Origin: an uncultured Gemmatimonadaceae bacterium
Lineage (GTDB): Bacteria; Gemmatimonadota; Gemmatimonadetes; Gemmatimonadales; Gemmatimonadaceae
Direction of reading: 5' to 3'
DNA: 64,000 nucleotides
Assembly: GCA_963829055.1 (NCBI GenBank)
Contig: CAWHHI010000004.1
Location: 704,001 to 768,000, forward strand
Shown here: positions 1 through 9,060 of the stretch, one piece after another
Numbering within the stretch: the first letter of the stretch is position 1
Layout of the letters: each line of letters begins with the position of its first letter
Translations under genes and position numbers: made by a program
Notes under the pieces: model-generated
The model's database searches: none
Seen by the model: only the letters and a program-made list of their open reading frames with translations
Told to the model about the DNA's origin: nothing

Positions 1-589
1 CCGGCGGTGGCGGCTCCGGGTACAGGCACCGGTAGCACGGGCCGTCCTCTGTCGCGAATACGGAGGCCTGACCGTCGAATCGAAAGATGCTGCCGTAGAC
101 GTTAGGCTTCCCGAGCAACACGCAGGCGTCGTTCACCAGATACCGCGTTGCGAAGTTGTCGGTGCCGTCGAGCACGAGGTCGTACTCGCGCACGATCGTG
201 AGGGCGTTCGCCGCGGTGAGTCGCGTGGCGTGCAACTCGAGCTTCACGTTGGGATTCGCGTCGTGCAGCCGATCTCGCGCCGCGTCGAGCTTCGAGCGTC
301 CGACATCCCCAGTGCCGTACAGGAGCTGACGCTGGAGATTCGTAACCTCGACGATATCGAAGTCGACGAGACCGATGGTTCCGACGCCGGCCGCCGCGAG
401 GTACAGCGCGGCTGGTGAACCGAGCCCTCCGGCGCCAACGATCAGTACGCGCGCAGCCTTGAGTTTTCGCTGGCCATCGATGGCGACTTCGGGAAGCAGC
501 AGATGCCGGCCGTAGCGCAGCAACTCCTCGCGCTCGAGTGCGGGCGCGGTGCGGGACCGAATCAGGGGATTGTCGAGTGTCGCAGTCAT
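1..589 (-). CDS. moeB: MoeB/ThiF/MoeZ-family sulfur-carrier adenylyltransferase (3' end runs off the window)
   Basis: Not in the ORF track because it is open at the edge. Hand translation from ATG 589 gives RYGRHLLLPEV...RVLIVGAGGLGSPAALYLAAAGVGTIGLVDFDIVEVTNLQRQ...DGTDNFATRYLVNDAC...GPCYRCLYPEPPP, the canonical E1-like motifs. Confidence 0.95.
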   Translation of the reverse strand, partial: MTATLDNPLIRSRTAPALEREELLRYGRHLLLPEVAIDGQRKLKAARVLIVGAGGLGSPAALYLAAAGVGTIGLVDFDIVEVTNLQRQLLYGTGDVGRSKLDAARDRLHDANPNVKLELHATRLTAANALTIVREYDLVLDGTDNFATRYLVNDACVLLGKPNVYGSIFRFDGQASVFATEDGPCYRCLYPEPPPP

Positions 590-591
590 TC

Positions 592-867
592 TCAGCCTCC
601 AGCGACGGCAGAAACGATGATGAGCTCATCGCCATCGGTTACCGTCGCCTGGAATCCTCCGCCGAAGCGGATGTCTTCGTCGTTGAGATAGTAGGTGACG
701 AAGGGATAGGGCTCGCCACGATCATCGACGAGTCGCGGGGATAGTGACGGGAAGCGACGCGTGAGGTCGGCGACGGCTTCTCCGACGGTGGCGCCCGACG
801 CTTGAAGGGCGCGCTGGCCGTCGGTGAGGCGGGAGAGAACGCTCGGAAGAGAGATCGTCAGAGACAT
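592..867 (-). CDS. MoaD/ThiS/CysO-like ubiquitin-fold sulfur carrier protein
   Basis: 91 aa with YLNDEDIRF motif and C-terminal AVAGG (Gly-Gly); lies directly upstream of moeB. Confidence 0.93.
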   Translation of the reverse strand: MSLTISLPSVLSRLTDGQRALQASGATVGEAVADLTRRFPSLSPRLVDDRGEPYPFVTYYLNDEDIRFGGGFQATVTDGDELIIVSAVAGG

Positions 868-874
868 AGAAAGG

Positions 875-957
875 CGCTGGGTGCTGGGTGGTCTTGCCGG
901 TGCTGGGTGGTCGTGCTGGTGGCTGGGTGTGGCTACGTGCGAGCGTGCTGCGTGCTG
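875..957 (+). repeat. Intergenic GCTGG(G)T-rich repeat; copy of a dispersed element
   Basis: 902-929 GCTGGGTGGTCGTGCTGGTGGCTGGGTG differs by 1 base from 44462-44489. Confidence 0.85.
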
Positions 958-963
958 ACAGGC

Positions 964-2242
964 TTATGCCTGGTTGACCAACGCGGCGACCGCACTCAGG
1001 CGCGGCGCGATCACCGGAGCGGGTGGAAGTGCATCGGCTACCGCGTCGAGTGTCTTCAGGCCGTTTCCCGTTATGCAGAGCACGACCTCGTCATCAGGAC
1101 GCAGGCGCCCAACGCTCGCGAGCTGCTTCGCGGCGGCGACGGTGACACCACCCGCGGTTTCGGCGAAGATGCCCGTGGTCTCGGCGAGCAAGCGTATTCC
1201 GGCGACGAGCTCCGCATCGGAAACCGCGGCCGCCCAGCCATTCGTCTCCGCGATACCGCGGGCCGCGGTGAGGCCGTCCGCAGGGTTGCCGATCGCGAGC
1301 GAACGCGCGATGGTCGAAGGGATCTCCGGCTCGATGCGCCCACTGCCTCGCTCCACGAGCCTAACGATCGGTGCACAGCCGGTTGCCTGAGCGCCGTGCA
1401 GCCGCGGCAGCGGGCCAGTGAAGAGCCCTGCCTCGGAGAATTCCCGAAAGCCACGATGGAGCTTGGTGACCAACGCACCACCGGCCATCGGGGCAACTAC
1501 GGCCGTCGGCGCGCGCCACCCAAGCTGCTCGATGATCTCGAATGCCATCGTCTTCGAGCCTTCGCCGTAGTACGCGCGAAGATTCACGTTGACGAGCCCC
1601 CAGCCGAAGCTGTCGGCTACCTGTGCGCACAGTCTGTTCACGTCGTCGTAGGTGCCGCGAACGCGCACGAGCTTCGGTGCGAACACGCTCGTGCCGAAGA
1701 CCTTTGCAGGCTCGAGATCGTGCGGAATGAAGATCCACGCCTCGAGTCCAGCGCGCGCCGCGTGTGCGGCGACGGCATTGGCGAGGTTCCCGGTAGACGC
1801 ACAGCCGATGACACCGAGCCCGAACGCGTGGGCCGCGTTGATCGCGGTCGATACGACACGGTCCTTGAACGACAACGTCGGGATGTGAGACGGCGTCGTT
1901 CTTCACCCACACGCGTGCGACACCGAGCCTTCGCGCGAGCTCGGGCGCTTCCACCAGCGGCGTGAACCCGGAGTCCAGCGACAGCGATGGCGTCCCGGTG
2001 AACGGGAGCCACTCGCGGTATCGCCAGAGCGATGGCGCGCGGCGCGCGATCTCCTCCCGGCCCGGAAGTGTTCTCGTCGCATCATATTCGGGTACGAGTG
2101 GCCCAAGACACTGCAGGCAGATCGCGCTCGGCTCCGCGTCGAAACGGCTTTCGCAATTGGAGCAGACGAGTGGAAGGGCAGTGCATGCAGACTGAGGACG
2201 GCGCGTGGACGACTCGACGCCATCGAGAACGGTGGCAGACAT
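964..2242 (-). CDS. thrC: Threonine synthase-like PLP enzyme (fold type II) with N-terminal Zn ribbon; one frameshift near 1881
   Basis: ORF 1361..2242 gives the N-terminus (CSNC...CLQC, SLWRYREWLP, GFTPLVEA, VWVKNDAVSHP). ORF 964..1875 continues SFKDR, CASTGNLANAVAA, NVNLRAYYGEGSKT, ITGNGLKT. Removing one C from a CCC run restores HPTLSFKDR. Confidence 0.9.
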
Positions 2243-3237
2243 CAGGCGACTCCTGCGTAGGCTGTGGTTAACGCGCGCGTCGAGTACACACGTGCGGCGG
2301 CGATCGTATCAGCGAGAAGAGCGGACGCGGTCGAGCGCCCGCCTGCGCCCGCGCCGTGCCATGTGAGAGTGCCCGCGAGTGCCGCTCGCACCTCGACGAC
2401 GTTGTGCACGCCGGTGCCCGTCGCGAGCGCGTCGCCAGCGTCGAGCACTGTGGGTTCGACCGATGCGTGTATCTGCCCGTTGCGTTCGGCCGTTGCGACC
2501 AGTCGGACGCGCCCGCCTCGACACCGGGCGGCGTCGACGGTCTCGGCGAGTGATGCGTCGATCCCACGCACCCTAACGCGGTCGAGCGTCACCGGTTCCT
2601 TCCAGGCAATCGAGCAGAGGATCGCGAGCTTCGCGGCGGCGTCTGCGCCACTGAGATCGTCGGTTGGATCGCGTTCGGCGAATCCTGCTCGCTGTGCGTC
2701 GCTCACCGCCTCGGCGAACTGACGGCGCTGCTCCAGCTGCCCAATGACGAACGTGGTGGTGCCGTTCAACACCCCGCGCAGGCCGTGAATCTCCTCGCCG
2801 GCGAGTGATTCACGGAGCGCGCGGACGATCGGCACGGCTGCAGCAACGGCACCCTCGCAGTGCAGGCGAGAGCCGGGGTCAGCGAGCGTCGCGAGCAGAT
2901 ACGGATCGCGCGCGAGCGCCTGCTTGTTCGCGGTGACCACCGCGGCGCCTCGGTCCAGGGCGGTGCGGATCCAGTGCGCGGCGTTAGGTGCACCGCTGGC
3001 CTCGATGACGATGTCGATCGACGGATCGGCGGCGATCGCGGCGGCGTCGTCGGTGAGCGCACCCAGTGCCTGCCGAGGATGACGCAAGTGGGGCCTGAGC
3101 ACGGCGATACGCGCGAGCCGCAATCGCGAACTCGTCAGGCGCTCCAGGGATGTGCGTCGTTCGGCGAACGACGAAGCGAACGCGGTGCCAACGGTGCCGC
3201 AGCCGATGAGACCGAGGCGCAACTCGACGGGTGACAC
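2242..3237 (-). CDS. hom: Homoserine dehydrogenase, short form without ACT domain
   Basis: GLIGCGTVG, VVTANK, EGAVAAAVP, GVLNGTT, GFAERDPTDDLSGADAAAKLAIL, GAGAGG. GTG at 3237 is preceded by a GGAAGGAG Shine-Dalgarno. Confidence 0.92.
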   Translation of the reverse strand: MSPVELRLGLIGCGTVGTAFASSFAERRTSLERLTSSRLRLARIAVLRPHLRHPRQALGALTDDAAAIAADPSIDIVIEASGAPNAAHWIRTALDRGAAVVTANKQALARDPYLLATLADPGSRLHCEGAVAAAVPIVRALRESLAGEEIHGLRGVLNGTTTFVIGQLEQRRQFAEAVSDAQRAGFAERDPTDDLSGADAAAKLAILCSIAWKEPVTLDRVRVRGIDASLAETVDAARCRGGRVRLVATAERNGQIHASVEPTVLDAGDALATGTGVHNVVEVRAALAGTLTWHGAGAGGRSTASALLADTIAAARVYSTRALTTAYAGVA

Positions 3238-3283
3238 AGTGGTTCTTCTCCTTCCACCCGTCTCCACCGCGTCGCCCGGAGAC

Positions 3284-3316
3284 AAAAAATCCCCGAGGCG
3301 AGAAAAGCCGCGGGGA
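3284..3316 (-). terminator. Intrinsic terminator in the hom leader (riboswitch expression platform)
   Basis: Minus strand TCCCCGCGGC-TTTTCTC-GCCTCGGGGA followed by TTTTTT, between the aptamer and the RBS. Confidence 0.85.
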
Positions 3317-3321
3317 CGCGT

Positions 3322-3375
3322 GGCCTTTTAGCTGTTTGTTTAACGTGGCCGCAATACGCCGTAAATCACCACGAG
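3322..3375 (-). ncRNA. SAM-II (SAM_alpha-type) riboswitch aptamer
   Basis: Minus strand CTCGTGGTGATTTACGGCGTATTGCGGCCACGTTAAACAAACAGCTAAAAGGCC matches the SAM-II pattern: CGUGG/CCACG P1 stem, UGAUUU, UUGC, A-rich linker, GCUAAA. It sits upstream of homoserine dehydrogenase. Confidence 0.88.
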
Positions 3376-3445
3376 TGAACTTCGATTGTGCTCGAATTAC
3401 TAAATGGGGCCGTGCGCAATTGCAAGGGCCAGCAAGAACAACTGG

Positions 3446-3560
3446 TAGCTGGTCGCTCGTGCTGGTCGCTGGTCGGAAGCGGACTGGGATGCCTGTTCGT
3501 GGCGTCACTCGGGGTCTTGCTCTCGACCAGCAACCAGCACGCAGCACCCAGCGACCAGCT
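3446..3560. repeat. Inverted arrangement of GCTGGTC-type heptamer repeats (long imperfect hairpin)
   Basis: Left arm AGCTGGTCGCTCGTGCTGGTCGCTGGTCG; right arm CGACCAGCAACCAGCACGCAGCACCCAGCGACCAGCT; immediately after the vWA gene stop. Confidence 0.75.
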
Positions 3561-3569
3561 CCTGCCGTT

Positions 3570-4850
3570 CTAACTGACGGTTTTGGTTTTTCTCCGCAGG
3601 AAATCCATCAGGATGAACTGGCCTAACGTCATCGTATTCGTGAAGTACGCCTTGCCCTTGCTGATCTCGGAGACACGCTTCACGAACTCCACCAGGGCGC
3701 GATCGCGGGCGAGCATGAACGTATTGATCATGATGCCCGACCGACGGCAGTTCGCGACTTCCTTGAGCGTCTCGGCGATGACCGTCGCATCGAGGCCCAT
3801 CGAGTTCTTGTAGATCTGCCCATTCGGCATCGTGAGCGCGCTCGGCTTCCCGTCCGTGATCATGACGATCTGCCGCATGTCCTTCTTCTGCGCGAGCAGA
3901 ATGCGGCGCGCCAGCTTCAGGCCTTCGGCCGTGTTCGTGTGATACGGGCCCACTTGCGCGTGCGCGAGCGTCGGCAGCGGAATCTCTTCGGCCGAGTCGT
4001 GAAAGAGCACGACGCGAATCGTGTCACCGGGAAACTGCGTGCGAATGAGGTGCGTGAGCGCGAGCGCGACTTTTTTGGCCGGTGTGAACCGGTCTTCTCC
4101 GTATAGGATCATGGAGTGCGATGTGTCGAGCATGAGCACCGTCGCGCATGACGACCGATACTCCGCCTGACGCACCATCAAGTCCGAATACTCGAGGTCT
4201 ATTGGAACGCCGATTGTCCCCGTTCGGGCGAGCGAATTCTTGAGCGTTTCGTTCACGTCCAGATTCAGGACGTCGCCGAACTCGTACACCTTGCTCCAGC
4301 CGTCGGACTCGATGCCGGTGGCGAGGTACGGCGTGTCGTGCGCACCAATGCTCGACTTGCCGAGTGACCCGAGGAGGTTGCGTAAGGTTCGGTATCCGAG
4401 GAAGTCGATGCCCTTGTCAGTAAGATTGAACTGCACGTCACGCGACGCCGCGTGCGCCAGGCTTCCACGGCCTTCCAGGGGTTGATGTGTATCCGGAACC
4501 TGGGGCGGTGCGTCGATGTTCAGATAGCCCTCAGCGGTGAGGCGCTGCACGAGTTCGTCGAGGAGCTTGGCAAGTTTCGCCTGCGCCTCCTCGTCGCCAT
4601 CGCCGCGGAGCGCTTGCAGCATCTCGGGGGTGAACTGGCCACTCTCGATCAGCGCGTTGAGGATTGCCTCCTTGAGCGCATCGAGTGATCGGTCCGCTTC
4701 GCCTCCGAAGTCGCCCCAGTACGGGTGCGACATGCGTCCGCCGGCGAAACCAGACTGTAACAGGAAATCGGCCAGCTTTTCGAGGAGGGACTGCAGATCG
4801 ACCGCGTCCGCCAACTCGGGGCTGAACTTGGAGTAGGTGTGGAAGCGCAT
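3570..4850 (-). CDS. von Willebrand factor A (vWA) domain protein, likely partner of the AAA+ ATPase at 7514-8988
   Basis: MIDAS-like [21 protein letters not shown]; start MRFHTYSKF at 4850. Confidence 0.88.
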   Translation of the reverse strand: MRFHTYSKFSPELADAVDLQSLLEKLADFLLQSGFAGGRMSHPYWGDFGGEADRSLDALKEAILNALIESGQFTPEMLQALRGDGDEEAQAKLAKLLDELVQRLTAEGYLNIDAPPQVPDTHQPLEGRGSLAHAASRDVQFNLTDKGIDFLGYRTLRNLLGSLGKSSIGAHDTPYLATGIESDGWSKVYEFGDVLNLDVNETLKNSLARTGTIGVPIDLEYSDLMVRQAEYRSSCATVLMLDTSHSMILYGEDRFTPAKKVALALTHLIRTQFPGDTIRVVLFHDSAEEIPLPTLAHAQVGPYHTNTAEGLKLARRILLAQKKDMRQIVMITDGKPSALTMPNGQIYKNSMGLDATVIAETLKEVANCRRSGIMINTFMLARDRALVEFVKRVSEISKGKAYFTNTMTLGQFILMDFLRRKTKTVS

Positions 4851-5004
4851 AGCAGCAGAGACGGGGGACTGGGGACGAGAGACGAGCTGGCACCGACTCG
4901 AGCACGAGCGGGCGAGCGCCGGTGGACTCGTCTCGATTCGCTGGTCGCCGTGTACCGAAACGTACTGCCGGGTCTCGGGACGCGCACGACCTATACTGCG
5001 CCGG

Positions 5005-6263
5005 ATGGCCACTCGAGTCCGACGACGCACGCGCCATCCTCCAAGTCGATCAACCCGTTTCGTGTGCTGCTCACGCACCGAAACTTCCGGCTGTTCTGGA
5101 TCGGACAGACGCTGTCGCTCATCGGCACGTGGATGCAGACGATGGCGCAGGGGTGGCTCGCGCTCGAGCTGACGAACAACGCGTTTCTGGTCGGGCTCGT
5201 CGCGTCGATCGGGTCACTCCCGATTCTCGTGCTCTCGCTACCGGCCGGCGTGCTGGCGGATCGCGAACACAAGCTCCGCCTGGTGACGATAGCGCAGTCG
5301 CTGCTATTGATCGAAGCAATCGTGCTCTGGTGGCTGACGTTCACGGGGCATGTCACGATCGGCTGGCTGCTCGCGCTCTCGGCGGCGAATGGGGCCATCA
5401 GCGCCATCGAGATTCCGGCGCGCCAGGCGATGATGATCGACCTGGTAGGTCGCGAGGACCTCCGAGACGCGATCGCGTTGAACTCCAGCGGGTTCAATCT
5501 CGCACGGATCTTCGGCCCCGCCGTAGCGGCGGTCGTGATCGCGAAGGCGGGGATCTCATGGTGCTTCGGCCTGAACGCGCTGAGCTATTTCACCGTGTTG
5601 CTCGGGCTTTCGCGCATCCGGCTGCCGGCGTGGCATCCGCCGCTCACGACCGGGTCGCCGTTACACGGTATGCTCGAAGGGCTGCGCTACGTTCGCGCGA
5701 CGAAGAAGGTCTCGACGCTCATCAAGTTCATCGCCGTGTTCTCGGTGCTCGGCGTGCCGTACATCACGCTCATGCCCGTTGTCGCACGCGATCTGCTCGG
5801 CCTCGATGCCAGCGGGTACGGGCTCCTGCTCTCGTCGCTTGGCCTCGGTGGGCTGAGCGGGGCCCTTGCTCTCGCGGCGGTCGGTGGGCGCATGCCGCGC
5901 GGCAAGCTGCTCGTGGCGTCGTCGTATACGTACGCCTTCCTGCTGATCATGTTCTCGCTCGTGCGCGTCTCGTGGATCGCCTACCCGATTCTGTTCGTCA
6001 CAGGGTTCAGCATGATCCTCACGAACGCGCTCGCGAACAGCATGTTGCAGTCGTTCGTCATCGATCGTTTCCGCGGACGACTGATGTCGGTCTACTCGCT
6101 CATCTCGGTAGGACTCTCGCAGGTCCTCGGCGCCTTCGCGGCGGGTGCGGTCGCGAGCGCGGTCGGTGTCGACTGGGCTATTGGCGGTGGGGCAGCCATC
6201 ATGCTCGCGTTCGCGATGTACGCCTTCCGTCGCGAGAGCAGCTGGATCGTGACGGAGCACTAG
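5005..6263 (+). CDS. MFS transporter (MFS_3/EntS-like); start uncertain, probably a 1-nt indel just after ATG 5005
   Basis: About 12 hydrophobic segments; HRNFRLFWIGQTLSLIGTWMQ, GVLADR, AIALNS, FRGRLMS. The ORF track extends it to 4839, but TATACT-N7-ATG at 4992-5005 suggests the true start. Confidence 0.88.
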
Positions 6264-6278
6264 CCCGCGACGCGGGCG

Positions 6279-6902
6279 TTAGGCGAGGAGCGCCCGCGCC
6301 GCCTGGGCAATCAGGTCGGCGGCACCTTCGACGCCGAGTCGCTCCGTGTTCACGCACAGATGGTAGTTCTCCGGCGCGTGCCATGAGCGCTGCCAATGGC
6401 GGCGGACGTACTGCTCGCGGCGCTTGTTCATCTCGTCGACGCGACGTGACGCTTCCTCCGCCGTCGTGTTCTCGCGCTGCATCACGCGTGCGACGAGCGC
6501 CGGCTTCGCCGCGTAGCAGAAGACGTGAAGCGCGTCGGTCCGTTGGGCGAGATACGACTGGGCCCCACGACCGACGAGCACAACGGGCCCACGAGCAATC
6601 GCGTCGTCGATCACGTGCTCAGTGACCTCCAGGAGTCGCTCCTCCGTCGGCGGCAGGGGTGCCGACAGGGAAGGGGACACGATCTCGGGCGACCCGAGCG
6701 CGAGCGCATCGGCAAGGCGTTCGGCGAGTGACGGCACGCGCTCCTCGATCGCCTGCACCTCTACCGGCGTGCGTCCAAGGCGCGCGGCTACGCGCTCGAC
6801 GAGCGCGTTGTCCAGGAGAGTCCAGCCGAGCGCGTCGGCGACACGTCCTGCTACTTCCGACCCGCCCGAGCCGAACTGTCGCGAGATCGTGATGACGGGC
6901 AT
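6279..6902 (-). CDS. Cytidylate kinase-like family protein
   Basis: ITISRQFGSGG P-loop variant, VLVGRGA, YHLCVNT. Confidence 0.88.
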   Translation of the reverse strand: MPVITISRQFGSGGSEVAGRVADALGWTLLDNALVERVAARLGRTPVEVQAIEERVPSLAERLADALALGSPEIVSPSLSAPLPPTEERLLEVTEHVIDDAIARGPVVLVGRGAQSYLAQRTDALHVFCYAAKPALVARVMQRENTTAEEASRRVDEMNKRREQYVRRHWQRSWHAPENYHLCVNTERLGVEGAADLIAQAARALLA

Positions 6903-6911
6903 GGCTCCCGC

Positions 6912-7517
6912 CTAACGTTGTTTCAGCGAGCGAACGCGAAGATGCTCTACGACCTCGAACCCGAGCGCCTCCCAGGCGGCGTTGGCGAGTGGGTTGTCAG
7001 CCGCATTGTGCAGTCGCATCTCCTCGAGTCCACGGTCGCTGCACCACTGCTCCGCTTCCTTCATGAGCGTGTGCAGCACTCCCCGTTCGCGCGCCGACGG
7101 CACGACGTACACGGAAGACACGTACGCGTACTGCGATGGATCGAGCAGTGGCGATCCGGAGGAATGAATGCACCGCAGTACGCCGACCGTTTCTCCCTCC
7201 AACTCGGCCAGAAAGAGCACCTCGTTGGGCGATTGGAGTTGCGCGGCGAACAGCCTGGCCGCGCGGGATTCTGCGTCCGCGCGAAGGCGGCCGTAGATCG
7301 CGTTATGCGCGTGCTCGCGCAGCAATGCCATGCGCAGCGTAAGAATTGCCGGGAGGTCCTTCTGGCTAGCACGACGCACGACAACGCTGGCGGCCGCCTT
7401 CGGCACGTGCGCGGTCTGCCCGTTGCTCGAGAGCGCAGGCGGCCGGGGGCCAACCCGCGATGTCGGTGCTCCGACGTCGCTGTCCCGTCTGCCGGCCCCG
7501 CCACCCTTTCGCGTCAC
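6912..7517 (-). CDS. GNAT-family N-acetyltransferase
   Basis: VYVVPSARERGV motif A and AAWEALGF motif B; GTGA overlap with the upstream ATPase stop. Confidence 0.85.
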   Translation of the reverse strand: MTRKGGGAGRRDSDVGAPTSRVGPRPPALSSNGQTAHVPKAAASVVVRRASQKDLPAILTLRMALLREHAHNAIYGRLRADAESRAARLFAAQLQSPNEVLFLAELEGETVGVLRCIHSSGSPLLDPSQYAYVSSVYVVPSARERGVLHTLMKEAEQWCSDRGLEEMRLHNAADNPLANAAWEALGFEVVEHLRVRSLKQR

Positions 7518-8988
7518 GCGGACATGCCACCACCAAACAGATCCTGATTCGGGCGACGTCGCTGTTCCTGCACCGCACGGCCATAGCGACCGGCATCGGT
7601 GCGAGAAATTTTCTTGCGAGCAACGAGCGCTTCGAGCACGAGCTCGCAGGCGGCCGCCGTGAATGCAGGATCGCTCTTCGGTGCGAGTCCCACATCACTG
7701 CACGATGTCGAGCAACGTCGGCACGTTCGCGAACCCCTTCACGAGCGCCTCGGCGGACGTGTCGTCGGTCACCTCGAGCGCTCCGCCGACGTCGAACCAC
7801 ATGACGATCTCGTCGGCGTTCACGACACCAGCACGCTCACGGAACGTCGCATCGGCCGCGCGCCGGATGAGCTCTCGCGCAATCGTCTGTCCGCCGACGA
7901 GCTCACCCTCGTACTCGAGCTCGATCTTTCCGGTGATCGACGGCATGGCGGCGTAGACATCGGCGATGCGCGGGACCACTTCCGTCTCGCCGGTTCGCAA
8001 CGTGCGCCGCTCGGCGTTCGAGACGATGTTCTCCGTGACCGTGATCGGCATGCGCTGCGACACGCCGGACCGCCGATCGATGCGCTTGTCGGTCCGCGCC
8101 TCGAACGCGACGCGCTCGACGACCTCGCCGATGAAGTCGGGAATGCGTACCGTGCGATCGCCGCGGCCGGTCCATGCTTCCTGGCTCGTGATCGCCATGC
8201 CGATGTCGACCGTCTCTGGATAGTGCGTCTGAATCTCGCTGCCGATGCGGTCCTTGAGCGGCGTGATGATCTTCCCGCGCGCCGTGTAGTCCTCGGGATT
8301 GGCGGTGAAGCACAGCAGCACGTCGAGCGGCAGGCGCACCGGATAGCCTTTGATCTGGACGTCGCCTTCCTGCATGATGTTGAACAGGCCGACCTGCACC
8401 TTGCCCGCGAGATCCGGCAGCTCGTTGAGCGCGAAGATGCCGCGATTCGCACGCGGCAGCATGCCGTAGTGCATCGTCAGCTCGTCGGCCAGGATGTGGC
8501 CACCGCGCGCTGCCTTGATCGGATCGAGGTCGCCAATGAGATCGGCGATGGTGACGTCAGGCGTCGCGAGCTTCTCGACGTATCGACTGTCGCGATCGAG
8601 CCAGGCGATCGGCGTGTCGTCGCCGGCTTCCGCGAGACGCATCCGACCGAACTTGGAGACGGGTCGCGAACGGATTGTCGTTCACTTCGCTGCCCTCGAT
8701 GATCGGAATCGCCTCGTCGAGGAGCGTCGTCAGCGCGCGCAGAATCCGGCTCTTCGCCTGACCACGCAGGCCGAGCAGGATGAAGTTGTGCTTCGAGAGA
8801 ACGGCGTTGACGATCTGCGGCATGACGGTGTCCTCGTAGCCGAGAACACCCTCGAACAGCGGGCCGCCCGCGCAGATGCGGTTCAGAAGATTTTGACGAA
8901 GCTCATCCTTCACGGAACGCCGCTGAAGTTCAGGGGCGCCGAATGGTGAGCGCTTCAACGCGCCGAGGGTCGAGGGATAGGACTGCAA
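7514..8988 (-). CDS. MoxR/ChlI (magnesium chelatase-like) AAA+ ATPase; frameshifts near 8664 and 7697
   Basis: Walker A-like GLRGQAKS, LATPDVTIADLIGD, GIFALNELPDL, FTANPEDYTARGKIITPLKDR. The C-terminal tail ACELVLEALVARKKISR...GGMSA* ends at 7514 in a third frame. Confidence 0.87.
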
Positions 8989-9060
8989 CTGAATACTCCG
9001 TCGCTGGAATGCGTGCGCGAATCGTTCGATTGCGCTTTGATCGCTGTTGCAAGATAGCGC

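Noticed and set aside
7695..7697. TGA in the AAA+ gene as selenocysteine or readthrough
   Set aside because: The homologous-looking C-terminus continues in a different frame, so this is an indel, not recoding.
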